Assembly (NCBI GenBank): GCA_937861125.1
Contig: CALMAY010000038.1
Span: 27,942 to 91,941, forward strand
Length of the DNA stretch: 64,000 nucleotides
DNA from: an uncultured bacterium
GTDB taxonomy: Bacteria > Patescibacteriota > Patescibacteriia > Magasanikbacterales > UBA922
Direction: 5' to 3'
The notes beneath the pieces are model-generated. The model was not told the DNA's origin and did no database searches. It saw only the letters and a list, made by a program, of their open reading frames with translations. The first letter of the stretch is position 1. Every line of letters starts with the position of its first letter. Shown here piece by piece: positions 17,936-26,906 of this stretch. The position numbers and the translations under genes are program-made.

Positions 17936-18748
17936 TTATAAAAATAAAAGCAAACTTCCGGCCATCAACATCATTCCAGAAATGAGCCCATAAAGAACAA
18001 TGTGGTGTTCACCAAATTCTTCGGCTGCAGGGATAAGTTCGTCGAGTGAAATATATACCATAATTCCTGCAACACCGGCAAAAATAATACCAAACAGACT
18101 TTCACTAAAAATGTTGCGGAGCAAAAAGAATCCAATAGCCGCGCCAACTGGTTCAGAGAGTCCAGACAAAAAAGACCAAGTAAATGCTTGTACTCGGCTT
18201 TTGGTCGCATAGTATATTGGGATAGCGACAGCAATTCCTTCTGGAATATTGTGAATCGCAATAGCGACGGCAATACTGATACCAAGAAATGGATCGGCAA
18301 TAGCTGCCATAAATGTTGCAAGACCTTCTGGAAAATTGTGAATACCAATAGCAATCGCAGAAAACATGCCCATTCGGTAGAGGTGGTGTGTTTTTGGTTT
18401 TGTGGGATGAGTACCAAGTTCGGTAATCGTATTGAGCTCATCAGGGGTATCTGAGATAGGAACGAGTTTATCAATCAATGCTGCAAGTGCAATCCCACCA
18501 AAAAAAGCAAGAGTTGTGTACAGGTATCCAAGTGCATCGCCATGTACTTCGACGAGAGATATACGTGCTTTTTGAAATATTTCAATAAATGAAACATACA
18601 ACATGACCCCAGCAGAGAAACCAAGTGAAAGGGCGAGAAAGCGATGGCTAAATTGTTTTGAGTATATCGCAATAAGACTTCCGATACCCGTAGAGAGACC
18701 AGCAAGTGCTGTAAGTCCAAAGGCAGTAAGAACGGCATGTGTATCCAT
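17936..18748 (-). CDS. zupT: ZIP-family zinc transporter.
   Basis: Eight transmembrane helices with HNFPEG / HNIPEG metal-binding motifs. Confidence 0.9.
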   Translation of the reverse strand: MDTHAVLTAFGLTALAGLSTGIGSLIAIYSKQFSHRFLALSLGFSAGVMLYVSFIEIFQKARISLVEVHGDALGYLYTTLAFFGGIALAALIDKLVPISDTPDELNTITELGTHPTKPKTHHLYRMGMFSAIAIGIHNFPEGLATFMAAIADPFLGISIAVAIAIHNIPEGIAVAIPIYYATKSRVQAFTWSFLSGLSEPVGAAIGFFLLRNIFSESLFGIIFAGVAGIMVYISLDELIPAAEEFGEHHIVLYGLISGMMLMAGSLLLFL

Positions 18749-18779
18749 AGTATGTCTATACTACCTGTATGCGAGGAGA

Positions 18780-18976
18780 AAATCAAGCCTCTATCTTGAC
18801 TTTTTTCGCTACATTGAGTACTATGAATGTATTCATGATGACGCAGGGTGGCACCTGCCGAGTGAATAGATGTTTCAAGAGTGTCTCGATCTGTATCGAG
18901 AAACTCGGGTGGAACCTCCCTTCGACGCACTTTGTTTGCTCAGGGACCCGAGACAGTTTGTAGCTGTCTTTTTTTA
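18780..18976 (+). promoter_or_regulatory. Candidate T-box leader with intrinsic terminator upstream of glyQS.
   Basis: Two T-box-like sequences, AGGGTGGCACC at 18846 and CGGGTGGAACC at 18906. The second has UGGA, which suits the tRNA-Gly discriminator U. Terminator AGACAG-tttgtag-CTGTCT plus T8 at 18951-18976. Confidence 0.35.
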
Positions 18977-18999
18977 TTTGTTTTCTTACGTTATACTTA

Positions 19000-20403
19000 G
19001 TGTATATGACAAACACAACACTCGACACAATTGTGTCACTGGCGAAGCGTCGTGGGTTTATCTTTCCGGGGAGTGAGATCTATGGTGGTCTGGCCAACTC
19101 TTGGGATTACGGTCCACTTGGAGTTGAACTCAAAAACAATATCAAAAAACTTTGGTGGCAGACCTTTGTGCGTGAGCGCATGGATATGGTCGGACTTGAT
19201 GCTGCGATCCTCATGAATCCTCGTGTGTGGGAAGCGTCTGGACATGTGGGGTCATTTACTGATCCGTTGGTTGATTGTAAAGAATGCAAACAGCGTTTTC
19301 GTGGTGATAAATTACTCGAAGAAAAATTGTTTGTTGAAGAGGTGGCTGGAATCAAACTCGAGGATGTAAGTCCACGTCTGATGAGCGAATCCGTACCGTG
19401 TCCAGCGTGTGGCAAAGTAAACTGGACCGAAGCAAAACGATTCAACCTCATGTTCAAAACAAAGCAAGGTGTTATTGACGGTGAGGGTGCTGATATCTAT
19501 CTGCGTCCTGAGACTGCACAGGGTATTTTTGTGAATTTCAAAAATGTCTCTCAAACACAGCGTCTGAAATTGCCATTTGGAATCGCACAGATCGGAAAAG
19601 CATTTCGCAATGAAATTACTCCAGGAAACTTTACGTTCCGTACTCGCGAATTTGAACAAATGGAAATTGAGTATTTCTTTGATCCAGAAAACACTGATTG
19701 GAAAGTGGTATATGAAAATTGGAAAAATGATACCTGGCAATTTTTGACCAAGACACTTGGGATTCGTGAAGAAAATCTTCGCTTCCGTGATCACGATCCA
19801 GATGAGTTGTCGCATTATTCTAAAGGTACAGTAGATGTGGAGTACAAATTCCCATGGGGTTGGGGAGAGCTCTGTGCTGCGGCAGCGTATCGCACTGATT
19901 TTGATCTCAAACAGCACATGGAATTTAGTGGTGAGGATTTGCGCTATACTGATCCACAGGATCCTCAGCGTAAATTTATTCCACATGTCATGGAGCCATC
20001 ATTTGGGTGTGATCGTGTGGCGCTTGCAGTACTCCTTGATTCATATCAGGAGGAAGCGGCTCAGGATGAAGATGGAGAAGTGCGTGTGATGCTTGGTCTC
20101 GCGAAACGTGTTGCGCCATATCAAATTGCAGTATTACCTCTTTCAAAAAAAGATGAACTCTCAGGAGTATCTCGTGAGATTGTGCAGACACTGGCAAAGC
20201 AGTTTGCAGTCACATACGATGAAACACAGTCAATCGGAAAACGCTATCGCCGTCAGGATGAGATTGGTACACCGTTTTGTGTGACGATAGATTTTGACAC
20301 ACTCAATGACAATGCTGTAACAGTGCGTGAACGTGATAGTATGAAACAGGAACGTATTGCGATTGCAGAGTTGGTTTCTTATTTACAAAAACAGATCGTA
20401 TAG
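19000..20403 (+). CDS. glyQS: Glycyl-tRNA synthetase (alpha2, GlyQS type).
   Basis: Class II aaRS motifs and the GlyRS-specific N-terminus ([14 protein letters not shown]). First ATG at 19006. Confidence 0.95.
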   Translation: MYMTNTTLDTIVSLAKRRGFIFPGSEIYGGLANSWDYGPLGVELKNNIKKLWWQTFVRERMDMVGLDAAILMNPRVWEASGHVGSFTDPLVDCKECKQRFRGDKLLEEKLFVEEVAGIKLEDVSPRLMSESVPCPACGKVNWTEAKRFNLMFKTKQGVIDGEGADIYLRPETAQGIFVNFKNVSQTQRLKLPFGIAQIGKAFRNEITPGNFTFRTREFEQMEIEYFFDPENTDWKVVYENWKNDTWQFLTKTLGIREENLRFRDHDPDELSHYSKGTVDVEYKFPWGWGELCAAAAYRTDFDLKQHMEFSGEDLRYTDPQDPQRKFIPHVMEPSFGCDRVALAVLLDSYQEEAAQDEDGEVRVMLGLAKRVAPYQIAVLPLSKKDELSGVSREIVQTLAKQFAVTYDETQSIGKRYRRQDEIGTPFCVTIDFDTLNDNAVTVRERDSMKQERIAIAELVSYLQKQIV

Positions 20404-20412
20404 TTTGCCGTG

Positions 20413-20444
20413 TAAGCCTCCTAAGCATTTTAAGCCTCTTTAGC
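20413..20444. repeat. Short dispersed intergenic motif, copy 2.
   Basis: TAAGCCTCCTAAGCATTTTAAGCCTCTTTAGC; see copy 1 at 5520-5555. Confidence 0.45.
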
Positions 20445-20455
20445 TTTCAATACAT

Positions 20456-21715
20456 ATGTTCACTCAGTACACTCTCCCAAACAAAACTCGCGTCATCCTC
20501 ATCCCACAAGAGGGGACAATGTCTTTGACAACACAAGTCATGTTTCCAGTCGGTTCACGTTTTGAAACGGAAAAAATGTCTGGTGTTTCTCACTATATTG
20601 AACACCTCATGTTCAAAGGAACTGAGAAACGAAAAAATACGTTGACACTTACTCGCGAGATTGATCGTCTGGGTGCTGAGTACAATGCATTTACTGGCAA
20701 AGAATATACAGGATATTACATCAAAGCAGATACGTCACATGCACGTACTGCGATTGATATTCTTTCAGACATGTTGTTTCACTCCAAATTTGATCCAAAA
20801 GAAATGGAACGTGAAAAAACAGTGATATGCGAAGAGATCAAGATGTATCGTGACAATCCACTGATGAGTATCGACAATGTGTTTGAGGAAGTCATGTTTG
20901 CTGGCTGTCCAATGGGGCGAGATATTGCAGGGACAGAAAAACATGTGATGAGTTTTGATCGAAATGATGTGCTGGCATATAAAGAAAAATATTACCAGCC
21001 AGATAATATGGTGATTGTCTTGGCAGGAAATATTGATGAAAAAGTTCGTGGTTGGGTAGAACAGTATTTTGGTAATGTGACGTCAACAGGAAAAACGTCT
21101 CATGCTAAAAAAGAAGCAGTGTTTGGAGCAACAGCAAAATCAGACCGAATCAAAGTAGTACAAAAACAGGTAGATCAAACACAGCTCATGCTTGGCTTCC
21201 CAGCATTTAATTACAACGATGATCGTAATCCTGCAGCAGCAGTTTTGCATACTATTTTGGGTGGGTCGATGTGCTCTCGTCTCTTTATCCAAGTTCGTGA
21301 ACGTCGTGGCTTGGCCTATATGGTACGTTCTCGTCGTGAAACCTATAGTGATATTGGCTACAGTTATGTGCGTGCAGGACTTGATCCAAAGAATCTCAAC
21401 AAAGCAATTGCAGTCATCCAAGACGAAATCCAAAAAATCATTGATAAAGGTGTGACACCACAAGAGCTCCGTGATGCCAAGTCACATTCTCGTGGTGCAC
21501 TTGCACTTGCACTTGAGGATTCTAGTTTCCGTGCTAATTGGTTTGCACAGGAAAGTCTCTTTGCAAACAAGATTGAGACGCCACAAGAGGTATCCGCAAA
21601 AATGGATGAAGTCAGTAATGAAGATATCAAAAAAGTAGCCAAGACAATTTTTAAGATGAATCAAATGCGAGTCGCAGTAATTGGGCCAACAGACGAGAAA
21701 GATATTGTATTTTAG
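20456..21715 (+). CDS. M16-family zinc peptidase (insulinase-like).
   Basis: Inverted zinc motif HYIEH (HxxEH) near the N-terminus. Confidence 0.85.
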   Translation: MFTQYTLPNKTRVILIPQEGTMSLTTQVMFPVGSRFETEKMSGVSHYIEHLMFKGTEKRKNTLTLTREIDRLGAEYNAFTGKEYTGYYIKADTSHARTAIDILSDMLFHSKFDPKEMEREKTVICEEIKMYRDNPLMSIDNVFEEVMFAGCPMGRDIAGTEKHVMSFDRNDVLAYKEKYYQPDNMVIVLAGNIDEKVRGWVEQYFGNVTSTGKTSHAKKEAVFGATAKSDRIKVVQKQVDQTQLMLGFPAFNYNDDRNPAAAVLHTILGGSMCSRLFIQVRERRGLAYMVRSRRETYSDIGYSYVRAGLDPKNLNKAIAVIQDEIQKIIDKGVTPQELRDAKSHSRGALALALEDSSFRANWFAQESLFANKIETPQEVSAKMDEVSNEDIKKVAKTIFKMNQMRVAVIGPTDEKDIVF

Positions 21716-21731
21716 ACTATACATTATTTGT

Positions 21732-22487
21732 ATGAAATATATCTTTGGAAACTGGAAGCTCTATCTCACCGATGAACAATCAGGTGTATTAGCACAGTCA
21801 TTATCAGCACTAACATTCGATACAGAACAATTGCGTGTTGCTGTTTTTCCATCTACTCTTTCTTTTTCTCGTGTCGCTGGTATGTTGAGTGAGGGTGAGA
21901 TTGCTGTGGGTGTGCAAAACGTCGGCTACACACCATTGGGTGCATACACTGGTGAAGTATCTGCACATGTGTTTGCACAGGCGGGTGCCACCTATGCTTT
22001 GGTTGGACACTCAGAACGTCGTCATATCTTTGGTGAAGATACTGAGGCGACAGTCAAAAAGATGCAGGCATGTCTGGATGAGGGAATTACACCTGTACTA
22101 TGTATCGGTGAGACCAAAGAGGATGTAGAAGAAAACAAGATCGAGTATCGTCTGCGCCGTCAGCTGATTCCAGTGTTGGAAGGTGTGAATGGGATCAAAG
22201 AAAAGAACTGGTTGATAGCATACGAGCCAGTCTGGGCGATCTCAACTGGTGGAAATGGAACACCTTGCCCAGCAGTAGACGCATTGGAGCGTCATAATGC
22301 AATTCGTGCAATCTGCACTGAGTTTGGAGTTGACAACGTACCGGTACTCTATGGTGGGAGTGTCAGTGTGGATAATGTAGAGGAGTATGTGACTACACCT
22401 GGTATCGATGGGGTACTTGTTGGTCATGCGAGTGTTGATAGTGCTACATTTACTTCGTTGGTTGAAAAAGTTGGGCAGTTGGTGTAA
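21732..22487 (+). CDS. tpiA: Triosephosphate isomerase.
   Basis: NWK...VGHSERR...AYEPVWAIGTG-type TIM motifs. Confidence 0.9.
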   Translation: MKYIFGNWKLYLTDEQSGVLAQSLSALTFDTEQLRVAVFPSTLSFSRVAGMLSEGEIAVGVQNVGYTPLGAYTGEVSAHVFAQAGATYALVGHSERRHIFGEDTEATVKKMQACLDEGITPVLCIGETKEDVEENKIEYRLRRQLIPVLEGVNGIKEKNWLIAYEPVWAISTGGNGTPCPAVDALERHNAIRAICTEFGVDNVPVLYGGSVSVDNVEEYVTTPGIDGVLVGHASVDSATFTSLVEKVGQLV

Positions 22488-22499
22488 GATATAAGTCTT

Positions 22500-23390
22500 A
22501 TGAGTTTTATTGGACCTGTCATTTTATTTCTTGTTTCGGCCAGTTTGGTTGGTTTTGTCTTGTCCAAAAAATGGCGTCAGGTGTCATTGCTTAATGTTGA
22601 TTCGATTCCAGAAGTCAAAGAACAGCGCAAGAAAGAGGAAATCTTGGCCAAGCGTATTGAATTACAGGCGCAGTCTCTTCAGGAGAGAATCAAAAAACAA
22701 TTGATACCAGTTGTTGAATCATATCAACAATTTCGTGTGGCAATGCGTAGTTATATCTCTCGCATTGAGAAAGATATGGTTCGTTCAAAGCGAAAAGCTG
22801 CTAAAGCTGCAGCTGCTGCAGTAGATCCTACTGAACTTGCACAGGTTCTTGAGGGTGCACATCGCTTTGCTTCTGCAAAAGAGTGGCAAAAAGCAGAAGA
22901 GGCATATATTGCAATCTTGCGTACATCACCAAAAAATATAGAAGCCTATCGTGGTTTGGCCAAGGTGTACTATGAGCAGGATCAGCTCAAAGAGGCCAAA
23001 GAGACATATCAGTTCGTGCTGCATCTGGAACCGCAAGATGATGGCACTTATGTTATGTTGGGAGACATTGCTATGGAAGAGAAAAAATACGAAGAGGCAG
23101 TAGAAGCATATCAGCAGGCTGTTTTGATCAATCCACAACTTTCTCCTCGTTTTTTCAAGCTTTCTGAAGCGTTTCTTGCGTTAGCTCAGCCACAGACAGC
23201 TCTTGAGGCGATAAAGCAGGCTGTGTCGCTTGAGCCACAAAATCCAAAGTATCTTGACAGTTTGGTAGAAACTGCTATACTATGCCGCGAAGCCGATGTT
23301 GCTACTGAGGCACTGCAACAGCTTCGAATGGTCAACCCAGAAAATCAAAAGTTAGTTCTTTTTAAAGAAAAAATTTCAGCATTAGTATAG
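22500..23390 (+). CDS. TPR-repeat protein with an N-terminal transmembrane anchor.
   Basis: N-terminal hydrophobic helix; repeated 34-residue A/Y/L pattern (AYRGLAKVYYEQDQLKEAKETYQ...). Confidence 0.65.
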   Translation: MSFIGPVILFLVSASLVGFVLSKKWRQVSLLNVDSIPEVKEQRKKEEILAKRIELQAQSLQERIKKQLIPVVESYQQFRVAMRSYISRIEKDMVRSKRKAAKAAAAAVDPTELAQVLEGAHRFASAKEWQKAEEAYIAILRTSPKNIEAYRGLAKVYYEQDQLKEAKETYQFVLHLEPQDDGTYVMLGDIAMEEKKYEEAVEAYQQAVLINPQLSPRFFKLSEAFLALAQPQTALEAIKQAVSLEPQNPKYLDSLVETAILCREADVATEALQQLRMVNPENQKLVLFKEKISALV

Positions 23391-23397
23391 TTTTAAT

Positions 23398-23473
23398 GCC
23401 ATCTTAGCTCAGCTGGTAGAGCAACGGTTTTGTAAACCGTGGGTCGCGAGTTCGATTCTCGCAGATGGCTCCA
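23398..23473 (+). tRNA. tRNA-Thr (anticodon TGT).
   Basis: Perfect acceptor GCCATCT/AGATGGC, anticodon stem ACGGT/ACCGT, loop TTTGTAA, 3' CCA encoded. Confidence 0.9.
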
Positions 23474-23482
23474 AAGTAAATA

Positions 23483-23565
23483 GGGTCGGTTCTAGAGCGG
23501 TCAAATAGGGCAGACTGTAAATCTGCTGGCGTACGCCTTCGCAGGTTCGAATCCTGCCCGGCCCA
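23483..23565 (+). tRNA. tRNA-Tyr (anticodon GTA) with long variable arm.
   Basis: Acceptor GGGTCGG/CCGGCCC, anticodon arm GCAGA-CTGTAAA-TCTGC, long variable arm. Closely follows the E. coli tRNA-Tyr pattern. Confidence 0.88.
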
Positions 23566-23571
23566 CAAATA

Positions 23572-23603
23572 AACAACCTTTCATAAGGTTGTTTTGTTTT
23601 TTT
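23572..23603 (+). terminator. Rho-independent terminator after the tRNA-Thr/tRNA-Tyr pair.
   Basis: AACAACCTT-tcat-AAGGTTGTT followed by a T-rich tract. Confidence 0.8.
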
Positions 23604-23706
23604 ATCTTGTATCTTTTTTTGTTTTGTTCTACACTATAGGGGTGAGGGGATATTATTCATAATATGTGTCTATATGTGCAAAACAATGTGTAAAGGGAAA
23701 TCATGT

Positions 23707-24015
23707 ATGCTCGCCTGCGCAGCTCAATGGCTGGTGCTTGTAGGAGCGATCAACTGGGGACTTATAGGAGTTGGTTATTTTGTAGGAGGTAGTGATTGGA
23801 ATGTGGTACGTATGATTTTTGGAAGTATTGAGTGGCTTGAGGCATTGGTATATATTGTTGTTGGTGCAAGTGCTGTGGTGGCTATCGTTGGCTGTAAATG
23901 TGGCATGTGCAAAGGCGGCGCATGTGCAGGTAGTGCGTGCTGTAAATCAGCAGAAGGTGAAAAAGAAGAAGAAGGCTGTTGTGGTGGCTCATGTGGCTGT
24001 GAAGAAAAAAAATAA
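23707..24015 (+). CDS. DUF378 small membrane protein with a Cys-rich metallothionein-like C-terminal tail.
   Basis: AINWGLIGVGYF...NVVRMIFG matches the DUF378 core. The tail CKCGMCKGGACAGSACC...GCCGGSCGC has 13 Cys in about 40 aa. Alternative upstream starts at 23674 or 23686 would add MCKTMCKGKSC. Confidence 0.6.
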   Translation: MLACAAQWLVLVGAINWGLIGVGYFVGGSDWNVVRMIFGSIEWLEALVYIVVGASAVVAIVGCKCGMCKGGACAGSACCKSAEGEKEEEGCCGGSCGCEEKK

Positions 24016-24029
24016 GAGATATTTTAAAG

Positions 24030-24062
24030 TAAAAAACTCGCACAGCTAGTGCGAGTTTTTTA
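24030..24062. terminator. Bidirectional terminator between the DUF378 gene and bcp.
   Basis: AAAAAACTCGCAC-agcta-GTGCGAGTTTTTT. Confidence 0.8.
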
Positions 24063-24512
24063 TTATGAGAGTGCTTGGATATCTTTGAGTACTTCTGTCG
24101 GGTGCTCTTCTGCTTTGACTTTGGTGTAATGTTTAAGAATATTACCTGATTCATCAATGAGAAATGATTCTCGATTGATACCATGAAAAAGTCTTCCGTA
24201 TAAACTTTTTTCTTTCCATACACCGTATGCAGCGACGATAGTTCGGTCTGTATCAGCGAGGAGGGGGAAGTTGAGATGGAATTTCTCTGCAAATTTTTTG
24301 TGTGACGCAACATCATCACAGCTAACACCGATAACCTGCACCCCTTTACCCTGTAGATCATTGAGACTGTCTCTGAATCCGCAGGCTTCTTTGGTGCATC
24401 CAGGTGTGTCGTCCTTTGGGTAGAAGTAGAGCAATACTTTCTTTCCATTGTAGTCACTGAGTGAATGGAGGGTCCCATCTTGGTCTGGGAGGGTAAAATC
24501 AGGGGCTTTCAT
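24063..24512 (-). CDS. bcp: Thiol peroxidase / peroxiredoxin Bcp.
   Basis: FYPKDDTPGCTKEAC active-site motif. Start placed at MKAPDFTLPDQDG. Confidence 0.9.
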   Translation of the reverse strand: MKAPDFTLPDQDGTLHSLSDYNGKKVLLYFYPKDDTPGCTKEACGFRDSLNDLQGKGVQVIGVSCDDVASHKKFAEKFHLNFPLLADTDRTIVAAYGVWKEKSLYGRLFHGINRESFLIDESGNILKHYTKVKAEEHPTEVLKDIQALS

Positions 24513-24557
24513 AAAGAGGAATGATTGTGTATGATATGGATTGATTGTAACAAACAT

Positions 24558-25418
24558 ATGCCAGAATTACCAGAGGTAGAAACCGTTCGTCGTGATTTAC
24601 AAAAACATATTGTACACAAGACAGTTGACCGTCTAACTTTGGGTAACACAAAAGTGATTCGTCCTACCCATGCGCGATTAAAAAAAGTACTGGTGGGAAA
24701 TAGTATTGCTGACGTACAAAGAGTGGGAAAATTATTGATAGTACAGCTCCGGAGCGGAGATGAGTCTATACTCATACATCTCAAGATGACGGGGCAGTTG
24801 ATCTATCGTGACCAAAAGATGGTGATTGCTGGTGGACATTCGCTATCAGAATCTATCCAATCACTTCCAAATAAACATACTCGTGCGGTGATTCATTTTA
24901 CTGATGGCTCTGAGTTGTTTTTCAATGACATGCGATTGTTTGCCTATCTCGCACTTGCAGATGAGAAAGAATTGATTCGAGTAAAACAGATGTATGGTAT
25001 TGAGCCAGGTACAGTTGCATTTACCAAAGAAGCATTTCAACATATTTTTGTACGACGAACTGCTCCGGTAAAAGCAGTGTTACTCAATCAAACATTGATT
25101 GCAGGGGTGGGAAATATTTATGCAGACGAGGCTTGTTTCCTTGCACATATTCTTCCAATGCGTCGATCCAATACATTGACCAAAAAAGAGATTGATCAGT
25201 TATGGAAGGCGACAGATAAGGTGATTCGGTTGGGGATAGAAAAACGTGGTACCACATTCAACCATTTTGTCGATGGTGATGGAAACAAGGGTGGATTTCT
25301 CCCATTTTTGCGTGTCTATGGCCGAGCAGGAAAACCGTGTAAAAAATGCAAAACACCAATAGTAAAAACATACTCGGCTGGACGTGGGACACACTATTGC
25401 CCACAGTGTCAAAAGTGA
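24558..25418 (+). CDS. mutM: Formamidopyrimidine-DNA glycosylase.
   Basis: N-terminal MPELPEVE and C-terminal zinc finger CKKC...CPQC. Confidence 0.92.
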   Translation: MPELPEVETVRRDLQKHIVHKTVDRLTLGNTKVIRPTHARLKKVLVGNSIADVQRVGKLLIVQLRSGDESILIHLKMTGQLIYRDQKMVIAGGHSLSESIQSLPNKHTRAVIHFTDGSELFFNDMRLFAYLALADEKELIRVKQMYGIEPGTVAFTKEAFQHIFVRRTAPVKAVLLNQTLIAGVGNIYADEACFLAHILPMRRSNTLTKKEIDQLWKATDKVIRLGIEKRGTTFNHFVDGDGNKGGFLPFLRVYGRAGKPCKKCKTPIVKTYSAGRGTHYCPQCQK

Positions 25419-25429
25419 GAAAGAAGCGG

Positions 25430-25458
25430 TTGACAAAACGACGCATTTTTTGTATACT
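25430..25458 (+). promoter_or_regulatory. Sigma-70-type promoter for tRNA-Thr(GGT).
   Basis: TTGACA, 17-nt spacer, TATACT; about 18 nt upstream of the tRNA 5' end. Confidence 0.6.
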
Positions 25459-25476
25459 CTCGTACACAAAATACAT

Positions 25477-25549
25477 GCCGTTGTAGCTCAGTTGGTAGAG
25501 CGTGTCCATGGTAAGGACAAGGTCTCGGGTTCGATCCCCGACAATGGCT
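25477..25549 (+). tRNA. tRNA-Thr (anticodon GGT).
   Basis: Acceptor GCCGTTG/CAATGGC, anticodon arm TGTCC-ATGGTAA-GGACA. CCA not encoded. Confidence 0.88.
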
Positions 25550-25624
25550 CAAGTAAGCCCCGCTCTTCGTATCCGAAAGTGGGGCTTTCACTTATGTCTT
25601 TGAGCGTGCTATACTCTTATCTGT

Positions 25625-26905
25625 ATGTCTTCTCAAAAAGTACAATCACAACCATCATTTTTTACCTCCCTCTCTGTAGGGTGGTTTTTGGCTACACGTG
25701 ATTTGGCTCGGGCGAGTCGTTGGACGACATTGCTTATCATCTCTGTGATGACACTGACTTTTCTCAATCTTGTGGTGGTGTCTGGAATTTTGGTTGGACT
25801 TATCCAGGGGTCGGTTGATGCAAATAAACGACAGTACACGAGTGATATTTTTATCACAGAACCATTGAGCAAGGTGTATATTGAAGATAGTCGGCTGTTG
25901 GCAAGTACTGCTCGGGCGACAGAGGGTGTGATTGGTGTGACTGAACGATATCTCAGTAGTGCCAAAATCGAGGCGAATTATAAACGACAAGTGCAGGCGG
26001 ATGAGACGCGAGATACAGCCAATGCTTCGGTAGCCGGTATTTCTCCTGTGGATGAAGATATCGTGACAGGGCTGTCGTCTGAAATTGCAGAAGGTGAATA
26101 TCTCGAACCAGGTGAGACTGGATCTATTTTGATGGGTGCAGATTTGTTGTATAAATATAATCAAATTACCTCACCTGATATTCAGGTGCTTGATGAAGTT
26201 ACTATTGGTGACACTGTTCGGGTTACTATTGGAGACACAGTCAATGAGTTTGTTGTGAAAGGTATTTTGGATAGCAAACTGAGTGAAATTGACTTGCGTA
26301 TTTTTATGAATGAGGGTGAGTTACGTCAACTGATTAATCGACGTGCGACCAATGCGGATGAGATTGCGATCATGGTGGAGCCTGGCACTGATCTCGTACC
26401 AATTTTGGACACACTGCGGTCACTCTCTGGTCCTGATGGAGCACTCGTTCGTACTGCAGAAGAGGCTCAACCAAAATTCCTTCAGGATATCACTGCAACG
26501 TTTGCTATTTTGGGAAATGCGATTGGGTCTATCGGGTTGGCAGTCGCTTCGATCACTATTTTCATTGTGATTTTTGTCAACGCGATTACACGCCGTCGAT
26601 TTATTGGTATTCTCAAGGGTATCGGTATTACCTCCACTGCGATTCAGTGGTCATATATGTTTCAATCGTTATTTTATGCAGGGGCGGGTATTGCGATTGG
26701 TATGTGTCTCGTGTTTGGAGTACTCAAACCATTTTTTGCCGAGCATCCAATTGATTTCCCGTTCAGTGATGGTATCTTGGTTGCAACAATGGGTGGGACA
26801 CTGCTTCGTGCAGGATTGCTTTTGATTGCGACAGTGATTGCAGGATTTTTACCAGCAAAAATTGTTGTGCGTCAAAACACGCTCGATGCTATTTTGGGGA
26901 GATAA
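25625..26905 (+). CDS. ABC transporter permease, FtsX/MacB-like, with a large extracytoplasmic domain between TM1 and TM2.
   Basis: N-terminal transmembrane helix, roughly 250-aa loop, three C-terminal helices. Stop overlaps the ATPase start. Confidence 0.8.
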   Translation: MSSQKVQSQPSFFTSLSVGWFLATRDLARASRWTTLLIISVMTLTFLNLVVVSGILVGLIQGSVDANKRQYTSDIFITEPLSKVYIEDSRLLASTARATEGVIGVTERYLSSAKIEANYKRQVQADETRDTANASVAGISPVDEDIVTGLSSEIAEGEYLEPGETGSILMGADLLYKYNQITSPDIQVLDEVTIGDTVRVTIGDTVNEFVVKGILDSKLSEIDLRIFMNEGELRQLINRRATNADEIAIMVEPGTDLVPILDTLRSLSGPDGALVRTAEEAQPKFLQDITATFAILGNAIGSIGLAVASITIFIVIFVNAITRRRFIGILKGIGITSTAIQWSYMFQSLFYAGAGIAIGMCLVFGVLKPFFAEHPIDFPFSDGILVATMGGTLLRAGLLLIATVIAGFLPAKIVVRQNTLDAILGR

Positions 26906-26906
26906 T

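Noticed and set aside
23819-24049. Lys-rich ORF 23819..24049(+) overlapping the DUF378 gene.
   Set aside because: It is the +1 frame of the GC-rich Cys/Gly codon run (TGT/GGC read as Val/Ala/Lys). The DUF378 frame has the family motif and a proper terminator after its stop.
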